Shown in pieces: positions 18,755 through 31,482 of a stretch of 64,000 bases of DNA (its first letter is position 1; each line of letters starts with the position of its first letter). This DNA comes from Minutocellus sp. GHC0000111 (Eukaryota), in assembly GCA_977018835.1 (NCBI GenBank), contig OZ361261.1, forward strand, positions 1,736,001 to 1,800,000. The letters run 5' to 3'. Under the pieces are notes generated by a model, which had not been told where the DNA came from, searched no databases, and worked only from the letters and a program-made list of their open reading frames with translations. Both the position numbers and the translations under genes were made by a program.

Positions 18755-21700
18755 ATGCCCAGCGAGACTGCCGCAAGCAGAGACAGGCGGCGGCGGCGCA
18801 GACGGCGGCGCCCTACCAGCACGATGACCCTATCGGCGGCTCATTCTGCGTCACCGTCGTCACCAATCGGCATGACGATAAGCCTGGCCCTTCTTCTCCT
18901 CGTCTCGGACTTGACGGGGAAACTACCCCCGAGCGTCATGGCCGAACGGAGGAGGTATTATTCGGGACAGAATTATCGGCAGAGGTCGAGGTCGGCGCGC
19001 GCGCGGAGAGACAAGCAGGGTCGACAGAAGCGAGCTGATGGAGCGCCGAGTAGCGACCAGCAGACGGCAGGACCGATTCGACGCATGCAGAACGACGAAA
19101 TGGGCGACAAACTCCTCGATGAGCTGTTCGGTGGGGACTTCCAGCTCACGGTCAAGAATACGCCCGAATGTGAAGAATGCTCGGCCTGTGGTAAGTCAAC
19201 TTACTTGTGATAGTTCTGAGCGCTGTGGGAGGCTGCTTTTCTTTGGTGAAATTCCTCTCTTTCGCCGATTCGATTCGATTATCAAATTAGTCCCACTTCC
19301 TTTCGAATGCGCAGCCGATTTCTTTGGAGATGACGATGAATGTCCATCGTCCTGTATTGACTGTGTTGAGCTGCCCCCGCCGTACAATGAGGAGTTCTCT
19401 CCCCAAGCCCTTCTGGACCTCGTCGGTGATATGTTTAATGATATTGGCGAGAGCTTGGCGGAAGGCTTTGGGGATGGTTTTGTTGGGGAGATGAATCTAG
19501 TTTCGTATACTGAAGAATGCACTTCTGACGAAGAAGATCAAGGATGTGGGCCATGCGAGCCGTGTGAGGATGATGAGGACTGTGCCAATGGGTTATCGTG
19601 CTACGAACGGCCAGAACGCGGTGTCGCCGAGGAGGAGGGTGACATGGCGTTTTTGACGGTGATTGAAAGTGTCCCTGGCTGTACTGGTGAGGCTCGGGAT
19701 GAGAAACTCAGGTACTGCTACGACCCAGTACCGGTCATGTTACCTACTCTTGCTGTGCCTGGAAGTATGCCTCCAAGGCCTGGCAACATGCAGCCCGATG
19801 ACTTCGATGCAGATGGCGAAAACGCCAATGGACTTTTTCTTTTGACCCCCAGCACAGTGGGCGATGGAGACTTCCTAACGCAACTATTTGGTGAGAATTT
19901 TGAACTCACCAAGAGAGATCCTGGCGAATGCGAGACTTGCGAGGCCGAGGACTGTCGCCAGTGCGTCGACTGTGGTAAGTAGGGTTTTTGAGTCATTTTG
20001 AACCTAGCAAGATGTATCTTTTGCCTACGATCGCATCTTACGCCCTACCGTTCCTCTTTTTGTTTCAACCTGTTGCAGTTGACAGAAATCCTGACGATGT
20101 GAAGTGCATTGACTGCGACCGATGTTCCTCTTGTCTCGGCTGTGTCGCTCTTCCAGCGCCATACAATGAGGGCCTTAGTCCTGAAGGTATCCTAGATCTT
20201 GTCGGTATTGGGAACGATAAAATGGCCGACAGCTCATTGAAAGGCGAGGAACTATTGAAGATACTCTTCGGCGAAGAATTTGAGCTCTCTATACGAAGCT
20301 CTCCCGAATGCGAGGAGTGTTCCGATTGCTCTTCATGCATTGGCTGTCGTAAGTACATTACTTTCTTTTGCATCTCTTTCGGTTGAACTTGCGATTTTTT
20401 GTTTCTGCCATACCCCCAGTCTTTCTCACGTTATTCTCTCTTGTCTGATGCGTGCTATGTCCCGTACGATCGTACTTACTTCTCTACAGTTGGCAGCAAG
20501 GATGAAAAATGTGCCGAGTGTGAAGAGCAATGTAGTCCTTGCCTTGGTAATGGTTGCATTGCCCTTCCGGAGCCTTATAATAGTGAAGGGCTCGGTCCTG
20601 GGGAATGCTGCAGCTCGTCAGTGGTATGATGACTCCAGATCGAAGCGTCTCCGACTCCCCCGTCGTCCTGGAATCAACCACTACTGTTGCGACAATGAAT
20701 TCAGTAGGCGATACTATTACAACCACGGAGAGTGTTTCTCTATTTCTTGATACTGCAAGTCTCAATGAATTTGTCAATGTGGGAACCTGCAATAGTGGTA
20801 GCAACAAGAAGTGCAAAGAATGCGAAGGTTCTTGCGAGCGGAATCGAGACTGCAAAGGGGATCTGAAGTGTCTCAAGCGTGACGGTGATGAGTCTGTTCC
20901 AGGCTGCTTTGGAGAGCCAATAAGAGGCGAAAACTATTGCTACGATCCCGCCGCAGAAATTGGTGCCTTGGGTGTTGCTAGCGTTGTTGAAATTACAGAG
21001 GATATCACGTACAGCCAATTCCGTTCGTATCAGGAGTTGGGCACTGTGAACTGCATGGCTGCCGACGGCGTCACCCAAATTCGTGGTTATAATCGACTCA
21101 GCAATCTTCGGCGTCAGCTGGAGGCTGGACGGTACGTCGTTTCCATCCCAGGAGATCAAATTCCTGAAGAGGGCTTGATCTACAGCATCTGTCCGGGGTC
21201 CACCTTCACCTTTTTGGAGGTCGGCGGTGACGCCGCTGTGCTGCCTCCTTTGAGAATCACGAGTAACCACACAACCCTTCGCTGTGGCCAAGAGCTTGAG
21301 GACGACGTGGCTTTCGTGGATGAAGAGGCCAGTAGATGCACTCTTATTGCTGATGGTCTCAACCATCTCCTCGTAGAGCCGGGCCTGGAGAAGGTCAATG
21401 TGGAGCGACTGTACTTTGCCGACACCAGGGAGCTGGGAAATTCCGTCATTGTTCAAAAGCATCCTCGCACAGTTGAATCGCAAGATGAATTCATCATTGT
21501 CGGTCGCGCAATGCCTGTCAATTTTGTTGATTGTACGTGGGAGGGAAACAGGGGCAGTAGTGCTTTGGGGGTTCAACGATTATCGTCTACCGATATGCCT
21601 TCGGCGTCACCATCGATGGCCACTTATGAGCCAACGGTTGAGACGGATGAGCCGACAATCGATACTGATGAACCCACCAGGAAGCCAACAAGAAGACCGA

Positions 21701-24700
21701 CTAGATTTAGACGCCCAACTCACACCCCAACGATGGAGCCAACCTTTACGCCTCTTCCCACTGTGGATGATTGGTGTTTTACGGATTGGGAGCTCTTGGC
21801 CGAGGCCGTGGCAACACAGCCACGAGGTTCGACTTTTCACATTTGCCCCAATACTGTGATGGACCTACGAACAAACTTTACCCAAGGATCGCATCCTGTA
21901 TTTTATATCAGAAAGAGTAATACCGTGATCAAATGCGGCTTGACGGGGAGAAGGTCAAACACATGCCTCATTTACGGGAATACCGAGCACTTTGTGTTTG
22001 TAGACCGGCCCCGGAATGTCATCATCGAGGGTCTTACAATGATGGAGACAAACGGAGTTGCCAGCATCATTGCGGCAGGAGACGAACGGGCGAGCGCTAC
22101 ATTCATCGACTGTGCGTGGTGGAGAAATGAAGGCCGGGCTGTCGTTTTGGTTGCCAACGGCTTATACGCCAGTGACACTGAGGGTGATGACGTTTCTTTG
22201 GAAGCCGGGAGACAACGGGGTGCTTACCTCGCACGCTACGGTTCGGCCTTTGCGCCGCACGATGGTAGACAATTGCAAGGCTCGACGCCAATGCGAGCCG
22301 ACTTTCAAGACATCCCACCGCCGCCAGAAGGTGGGAGCATGACAGTGAAGTTCGAGAACTGTGTGTTCCGCAGCAACATCGTTGAATTCTCTGTCATTAC
22401 CAACTGGGGAGGAAGAACCATGTTCGATCGGTCTTATTTCCGCGGCAATCAGGCTGGCGTAAGTGTTTTTGCGTGGTATACTTACTTCTATTTTTCTCGC
22501 TCTCAGACCTCCTCTTCAATACTCACCCATGTGCACCAATACATCTCGTCCTCTTTTTTGCCTTTCTCCAAACCTCAGAGCACCGTTATCGGGGGTTATT
22601 ACGATGCCGAAGTCTCTGCTTCAACCTCTTGCTTCATCGAGAACGACGCGAGCTATCCTGGCACTATCTTTATCCGCGGTGCTACCTTGGATCTCAATAT
22701 TGAGAACTACGCCGATGGTAACGAAGTTGGTGATTGCCAAGACATTTGGCTGGCTGGTGATTGTCCGAACCCCGACGATGTAGACGAATGTCAGGGCATT
22801 TGTGAACCTTACACCGAGATCACCTGTCCGTTGAATCCATTGAATCTGATTGGTATGAATCAAGCCTATGGAGCCATCAACAGCGACGACATCGATAAGG
22901 ACATTGTCACCATGAGCCCTTCACCTACCGTCGCCACTGTATCGCCCACCGTGGCAAGTCCATCACCCACTGGAGATCCAATCGCATTTCTTCAAGGGCG
23001 GACATATGATCATTTGATGGCCCTGGTGGAGGACGAAAGTAGTGATCCAAATCCTCGTGTGACTTGCACAGCCGGATACTCCTACGCTGTTGACTATGTA
23101 GTTGCGCAAATGGAATCGTTGGGCCTAATCCCCCTTGGCGATGCCGACCGAATAAGCTACGAAAGCATTGTTCCGGGATCAATCGATGCCACTTACTGCC
23201 CGGATGGAATGAGAAATGTCATTGGCATGGTGGCCGGTGCCACGCGTCCGGACGAGTACATTATTTATTCCGCCCATCTTGATGGTGCGAATAACCAAAA
23301 TCCTCAAACTCAAGAGACCCGAGGTAATCAAGATACTTCCAATGCTTACGATGATGGTACCGCGGTGGCCCTCGGTCTCGCCATGGCCGAGCAAATGGTA
23401 AGGAATCCCCCAGCTCGAAGTGACGTCTTTCTTTTTGATGATGGCAAGGAGGGTTGGCGAAATGTCGGCATCCCTCCTCTCGGAGAGACGCTGGTTTGCT
23501 CCGAGTTCGCCGAAAGTTCCTTCTATCAGGAAATGCCCGTTAATCTTGCCAAGTTTGGAGGCGAGGAAACTGTACCTTCCTGCAGAAACTTTCCCATTGG
23601 TTTTTCAGCCTGGATTCAGGAACCTACCATTGATTTGTCCAAGGTGAAGGCTGCCTATTTCGCCGACCCTCTGGGCTTTTCACCCAACGGCGAGGGTATA
23701 CTCGCGGCGATTGGGGGAGAGATGAGCAGATACGGCGGTACTGGAAATATGAACACCTTCTTGGACACCGTGTGGCCCGAGGATACTGACCTCACTCTCA
23801 CCAAAGTCACTCGAAAGGCTGCTGGTAGAGATTTGGGCAGCATTGATAGCGCAACTATTGACTATGAAGTGTTCTGTGGCACGGGCACTTGTATTAGCGA
23901 CGCAGGATTTCCGGCAGTTTGGTTGGCACAGCCTGCGCTGCAGAAATACCGTGAGTGCTGCGTTGGAGGTTGACTTTCATCATTGATTTTATTGGTTCCT
24001 TTTGGGGATTTTGCCATATCTCTCACCTCCGTTTCTTATTTATCCATTTCCCAACTCCTCCCCTCTCCTCTTGGACAGACGGTGGAATAGCAATCAAACG
24101 GACAAAGGAGGCCCTTCAGAGTATCTACGAGGCCGATGGCTTGCCTACTGATGCGCCCTTGCCCGGAACTGCGTACTTTACTCTCGATAATTTGGCTTCA
24201 ATGGAACCTGATGACTTGGAGAAGATTGTCGGGCCCATTTATGAGCTTCTCGTCAATACTGCCAATAGTGATCTTGTTGGTGAAGGAGGGCGTATCCTGC
24301 GGGGTTTTGCCCTCGGAAACCTGCCGAGATCGATGCATACCTTTTGATTCCGATACATGCGTTGCTTCTACAGGTGGCGGCGTGCAGCCAAAGGAAATTT
24401 GTTCTACCGACCCGAATACGGAAGGTTACTCTGATCTTGTTTCTCTTCAACGAGCTCTCGACGAATCCGTTGCGGATGATACTAGCATTGCTACGACTTT
24501 TGTCCTCTGTCCTTTTACAACCTATTCGTTTGTCGACGAACTAAACCGTCCGCTTGATCCGATACGGATAGAGAGGAGCGATGTCAAGATTCAGTGCGGT
24601 GTCGACGGTGCAAGTACGAATGGCTGTATCTTCGCTGGTGGTTCGAGGCATCTCGAGATCTACAATGGTTCTCTAGACGTTGTGATCCAAGGTCTTCGCT

Positions 24701-27700
24701 TTGTGGGATCCACCGAGGTGTCCGTGACAGTTGATGGATCCGATTCGGCAACGTCGGCCTCCTTTATTGACAGCCACTGGCAAGAGAACGAGGGCACCGA
24801 GAACCTTTTGATCCGAGGACCTGGAATGGGCGACGGTCCTTTACCTGGTCCTGACGACGGGGGGCGTGGGGAGAATAGCGTTGAACCGACACCGAGCCCA
24901 ACAGTTAGTGACGACGATGCTTTGTTCCCACCAGACGATGACGCCGTCGATCCCACAGCGTCTCCAACAGAGAACGGGGGCGGTGGTGTGGACGATGATC
25001 TGCCGACCGATGACTTCTTCAACTTTGACGGCCGGTATTTGCAGGGAACAGAATGTGGTACCAACGTTTGTGGCACCGGCGAATACTGCTGTAACGAAAG
25101 TTGCAGCATTTGTGCGCCCGACGGCGACTTTTGCATCATGCTGGACTGTAGTGACGCCGGAGTGTCGGTGCAAATCCTGGGGGGTAGTTCCTTTGTGGTA
25201 AGTATGCGTTGGCAGCATCTGGCGAGCTCCTTTCTATGTTCTATTGTGACCTCACTCATCTATATAACAACAACTCTTGTTCTCACCTAAACCCCCATGC
25301 ATTTCCTCTTCTTGCTATCGTTCACTTCGCGTAGGACAATGCCGTCGCCAAGTCGGTGGTGGTCAATGACGGCGGTGATCTTCAAGTACACGAGACTGTC
25401 TTTCTGCGGAACGAGGCGCTTGATAATGTCGTTTCAACCATCGATGGTATTGTTACTATCACCGACTCGTCCTTCCAGGACAATCAGCACACAGCCATCA
25501 CCGGCGTCGTCTTCGTCGATTCCGACTCAACGCTCATGCGGAATGACAACAACTTTGGTCTGGACAACGAAGATGCAGGCGGTGTAGATCCCAAGGACGA
25601 CCACTGTGGAGGGATTTTCGTCGCCGCCTCCTCTTCTTGTGAAGCCGGCTCCGATGATTGCGAGGGATCCTGCGACAAGTTCAGGGCAAAGGAGCCACCG
25701 ATTGCCCCTCCTTGTATTTCCGTCTGGGATGACCTTGTGAATAGTATCCGAACTGCCAACGCGGCGGACAGAGGCGCATCGATCATTATCTGCCCCTCCA
25801 CCGAATTCGTTTTGTCAACCGGAGAGGATGAAGACGAAGCAACCCAGCCCGTAATGATTACAACGAGCGGCATCAAGATGATGTGTGGTCAGGATGGGCT
25901 AAGGGACAACGAATGCACCATCCGCGGTGGCTACGACCACTTTGTGTTGGGTGGCACAGAAATGACTGTAGAATTTTCTGGCCTCACCATGAAGGCTTCC
26001 ACTGGCCTCGCATCGGTAATCGCTGCGGCAGATTCAGTCGGAGGCCATCTTCACCGATTGTCTCTGGGTTGAGAACGATGGATCATCGGCCATCACAATC
26101 TACAACCAAGCAGGACGAAATGGATACGAATTCGTCAACCCCCGAACACCAGACGCCGAGCGTTCCGTATTTGACATCCTCCCTCCGACACAAGGATCGA
26201 TGAAGGTCACCTTGGATTTCTGCGATTTTACTGACAATGTCGTCGATCAGGCGGTCATCGTGAACGCCAGAGGAGAACTGTCTGTCTCGGACTGTCGCTT
26301 CAACTCTAACGAAGGACAAGCTAGTGCTATTGGGGTATTCCACGACGGATCTCTATCCCTTACCAAGTCATGTTTCGATGGTAACTCAGGAGAAATCACA
26401 GGCTCCGTCTTTATTGAGGCTAGCAGCTCATCCCTTTATGACGCGAAAGATAATTTCGGCAAGGAAAATAGCGTGGGGTCGACAGGAATTTGCGATGATA
26501 TCTCGCTGGGTTCCTGTGATCCTCTCACTTCAAGGTGTACCGGCGATTCATCAGTGAGCTGCGAGGAATTCGACTCGACTACGTGCCTCGCCAGCGACTA
26601 CGTCCCTGGAGAACCGACCGACACGCCCAGTTTCGAACCAACCCAGGCACCTGGCCCTGGTCCTCCTCCAAGTGACTGCTTTGCTACCTGGGAGGACCTG
26701 CAGGTCGGGCTCGTTGCTGCCGGATTGTTCAATGACCCCGTTGTCACCCTGTGTCCAGATACTGTATTTGAAGTGCCCCCCTCTTCGCCGATTGCCATTG
26801 CCGTGAGCCGAACGACCATTAAATGTGGTATCACAGGGTCAAGGACGAACAAGTGCACCATCCTCGGCGGTGAAGAAGGCGCCCAGCACTTTGTCATCAG
26901 AGATTCCGTCGCTGATGTGACGTTTGCTGGACTGACATTGGTCGGGGCTAAATTAGAACGCAGCGATCTATCGCAAGTATCTGCCTCAATTATCGCCGAG
27001 GGCACTTCGTCATCGAGCGCAACATTCATCGACTGCGAATGGGCAGGAAACACTGGATCGGCCGTCGTCATGATCACCGCACCAGAAGCAGGCGAGGATG
27101 ACGGCACCCGAGAAACTGAACGACGTGCACGAGGTCTCGCAGTCAGCGAAGATATCGGCCTGCCAATATTCCGAGGAAGAGCAATGACGGTATCTTTCCG
27201 CTACTGTCTCTTTAGCGACAATGATGTTACCTTTGGCGTCGTGACCAATTTAGCTGGCAAGGCGAATTTCTTCGACACGCAGTTCCTGGGCAACAGAGCG
27301 ATTGGGACCACCATTCTTAATTTCTTCGACGCCTTCGTTTCTCTTCAAAACTCCTGCTTCGTTGATAGCGAGAGGAACGTTCCTCGGGGCACCGTCTTTA
27401 TAGAAGATGGTTCGAGCCTAGGATCGAATAGCGATAACTATGGCGTCGGCGATATCGTCGGGCAGACTGCGATAGCCCCAGAAGGAGGCAACACTTGTTC
27501 TGATATCTTCCTGGAGGGTGTCTGCGTTGATTCTTCCGCCACCTGCAGCGGTTTCTGCGATGAGTTCACTGCTACCTCATGCCGCGCAGCTGAGGCTCCG
27601 TTGGACCCATTGACTCCGACGCCAACCCCACCCGGCGATTGTTTCTCGGATTGGGTTGAATTATCGAATGCGATTAAAATCAACCCTTCTTCGGAGTATG

Positions 27701-28857
27701 TCGTTTGTCCCGACACGACCTTTGATGTCGGCGCGGAGGACCCGATCGTTTTGGGCGCAAGTCAAGAGAAGCCCACAACCCTCAAATGCGGCGAAGATGG
27801 TCACACGAAGAATAAATGCATCATCAAAGGTGGTTCGATGCACTTTGAGATTACTGGCTCAACAATTCTGGCTGGCTTTACTTTGGAGGAGTCTACGCGG
27901 ATATCCGTGTTGGTATCCGGAGATGCTGCAGATATGGTAAAGTTCTCCAGATGTCGGTGGAATTCGAACAAAGGCGCAGCTGCTGTCATGACATACAATG
28001 AAGAGCTTGGAGAATCAATCCAAGCTGGAGTGAGCCCCGATGATCTCACGAGGCCGAGTGGGTCCTCAGCGGGCGTTGAATTTGAGTATTGTCATTTCTC
28101 GGCGAACGACGTTTCCTTCGGCGAGGTTGTTGCCTTTGGTGCCGAAGTCAAGGTCGATTTCACTGCGTTCTCTGGTAATGAGGCTGGGGTTGGCTCCGTT
28201 GTCATGTTGGCCGGCGCAGCAGGATCCTTCGCGGAGGGTGCTCTCTACCTTAGCAACTCCTGTTTCCTTGACAACATCGCTGTTCTACCGGGGACAGTTT
28301 TCCTGGAGGACGACGCGAATGTCAATGTTCTTGCCAACACAAGGAATTTTGGTATCGACAACAAGATTACTTCCGGCAACAGCTGCACTGACGTATTTTT
28401 TGAGCGAGAAGGTTCCTGCCTCGAAGACGTCTCCACTCGCAGCGGCATCTGCATGAGCTTCCAAGAAGATGCCTGCAATCCCGAAGTCATGGAGATAATC
28501 AACGACGGAACAGATACAAACACAACCGCCCCAACTATTGCCACCACTCCAGCTCCAAATGGTGGTGGTAAGAATCTTGGCGTCAAACCGATATCATACG
28601 GTCAATCAGGCATCTTTCTCCGGAGCCTGCTCATCGGTCTCTTCTTACTCTTTGGTGGTATTGGAGGATTTGTTTATTTGAATAAGAAGATGAAGAACAA
28701 AAATGGAAAGAGCGCAGTCTACTCCTCCGTTCCATCCCAACGCAACGGAGGGAGCTTCCTAGACAAGTTGCGGATTAAGAAAAAGAAGAGAGCAAATACA
28801 TTAGCGGACACTCCAGCATACGAGGAGGAGGACGATGGCCTCGAAGATGGCCTCTAA
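18755..28857 (+). CDS. Giant (~3,100 aa) modular type I membrane/cell-surface protein: 3 CxxC repeats, 2 frustulin-like domains, 6 Cys-capped beta-helix-like modules, M28 peptidase-like domain, TM and cytosolic tail
   Basis: Exons 18755-19190, 19315-19974, 20079-20348, 20490-22458, 22579-23950, 24079-25197 and 25335-28857 all have GT..AG boundaries with matching phase. Three apparent frameshifts occur at ~20600, ~24290 and ~26037. The C-terminal TM is LLIGLFLLFGGIGGFVYL, followed by a basic stop-transfer. Confidence 0.75.
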
Positions 28858-29056
28858 AGTTGTCATGAGACATTATGTCGATGGCGCTACTGCATGACAT
28901 AAATGAATGCTGTTGAGGAAGGAGCAAAAATCTGCACAAAGGGGATAGCAGTAACCTTCCAAACAGCTACTACATACATGACATGTAAACTTAGCTTCGT
29001 TGATTTATATGAAATAAAAAGCAAATGCGACACAAGCAGTATTTCTACTTTTAACT

Positions 29057-31482
29057 CTAAACCCACTTTCCATCTTTGATCAATCGATCGACTACATCTG
29101 AGGCGATGTACAGGTCCCACAAAGAACGCCGCAGCCATTTTTCGAGGTGCTGATGGTGGTTCCCTTCGCGATCAGAGCCACCGCCCTTGCTTTTCCATCT
29201 TTCCAGACAGAAGGACGCATCTGACAACAATTGCAGAACAACATACCGCACGGTAAGATCTCGAACAGCTTGCTCTCCGTCAAATATTTCATCGTCAAGC
29301 CTACCCAGAACAAAATCGAAGGCTTCGTATACCTTTACCAAAATTTCTTCCGTATCTGTTGTGAGGCGCAACTTGTTATCATCCACACTGAATCGCCGAA
29401 TCCAACCTTGCTGAGAGTCCTCTGCTTCTCTTTGAATATCCTCCATTCCCAAACAGTGAAAGAACGACATTAAGAACTTGGTGAGGAAAGCAGGGACCGG
29501 TTGAATGGCAGGGGGGCCGAGGTCAAAGAGCCACAGCTTGGAATCGTCGAGGAAAAGATTGTGTACTGCTCCGGCGAAAAGGGGAAATGCGGACACAAAG
29601 GATTGAAAGCGGGTGAGAAGTACAGCAGAAACGATACAGCGAAGGGCCACAATCACCAACATTTGAACAATACTACCGCAATGTGGACCTGACACTCACA
29701 TCCAGCATCTGATAATCCAGCATTCCAAACACACTTCCTAGCGGAATCACACTGAACAGAGACAGCACGTCGAATGAGACCAAGCCATGAGGAGTGGTCA
29801 TTGGCGGTGACGATGTCCAATGCGCACCGCTGATTCTCCTTGACCACATCGGCATCAAATATCTTTCTTAGTGGTGTTCCCTTTTCGAGAAGCTTTGCAA
29901 GGAAGCGAGCCGGTATTTTCTCCTCATCTGTTAGAACGAACTTCTTTTCGTTGGGATCCTCGGCAACTTGGCTGCCGTCACTGACCTCATGATCCTTCTG
30001 CATCTCGTCGAAGTAATGACGGAATCTCTCTCCGGTCTTTCTCATTCTAACAAATCTTCCCGTTCTGGGATGGTAATTCTTTTTGATGGACAGGCCGACG
30101 AACATGTCGGTTTTCTTTGATACAGCTGCAATGACCCGAGGGTTTGAGTTGGTGCCATCGTTCGACGCCGCGCCCTCCAATGTCATCAATTCCTTTTCCA
30201 CATCCTGGATGGCACCCAATTCTTCTGGATGGGTCAATATCTGTAGATTTCGAATGACTCGGATGAACTGATCGGTCAGCACATGCAGTAATCGCCCATC
30301 GTTGGCACACAATTGACCCGAGGTAAGCAACGACGAAGCCGTTCGGGGAGAGTCACCCCCAATTTCGGACTGTCCCTGCGTAAATTTCCACAAGCGCTCC
30401 TCCTGCAGCGATCGCAGTTGCTTCGAGAGATTGTATAGGTTGGTGTATCCCTCCGATCTTTGGCCGAAGCGGACAATTGCCGGCGTCATTGCCGTCTGTG
30501 GTGTAATAAGCTTAGCGCCGGGCAGATGGAGGTCGACGAAGCCGTTGCTAACTTGAACCATGGGCATTGCCATACCGGCATCATCTCCAGAGAACACTCG
30601 CACGGTGCGTTCCGTCTTCTTCCCACCTACAGCCGTCGTTACCTGGAGATTATCCTTTCCCTCTAAATTCTCCCACCACCCCAATCCCTTCATGGCCTTG
30701 TGCATCAGAAACAGATTCCGAAGCGTACTCCAAAGCTCGGCGCCACGATCCCGACAGTGCCATGGACTGATGTATAGGAAGCTGAAAGTTGGGATGCGCG
30801 TTCGAAAGAATTCCGCGGCGGCTTTGCCACCATTGCCATCGACCTCTTCAAGATCTGACGATGCCCGTGTTACCTTTCTTCCTCGTTTCCTCAACTCTTC
30901 TTCGATGGTGGCCAAGGCGACGTGTTCGGAGGTCTCCTTGGGACCACCGTGCTTCATAACAACATGGCCCAGCTCGTAGTGACTGATCGAGCCGGAAAAC
31001 ACCGTGGCACCGGATCCACCTCCCATGAGCAGATGCACGTCCGAGAGCGAGGCTGGCACTCGGGCCGAGTTCGGTATGTTTCCCTCTTTGTTGTCGCTTT
31101 TATCGGCACTGCTACTGTTCGTGGCATCAGCATCGTAAAACGTCGGAACAATGGGAGGACCCGCTGGACCGTGCGCGTTTGGGTGTATCTTTTTCAGCGA
31201 CAGGTCCGGAACAAATGTCAGCAGGAGCGAGGACGAATGTTCAGCATTGCCTTTGCCGTCATTTTCCTGCAACGTGATGAGCAGGCCGGTATGTGGCGGC
31301 GCCTCGTAGAGAGGCCTCCGACCTGCTGATGATGGATGCGGGTCTTTTTCATTTTGAGCATGAGCGGCAACACGATTTGTGCTGCAATTTTCAATAGAAG
31401 AGCCAGAGGTCCGAGACGAGGCCATCGTCTCATTGGTGTTGCAGTCGCTGCTGCTAGTGGTCTCGGTCTCCGTTGCCGCCAT
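29057..31482 (-). CDS. Atypical protein-kinase-like fold protein; 2 exons, intron 29566-29699
   Basis: Gly-loop GGGSGATVF, the VVMK lysine, and (only after splicing GTGAGT..CAG) the catalytic-loop-like DAGLHN followed by WLFDLG. Confidence 0.65.
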
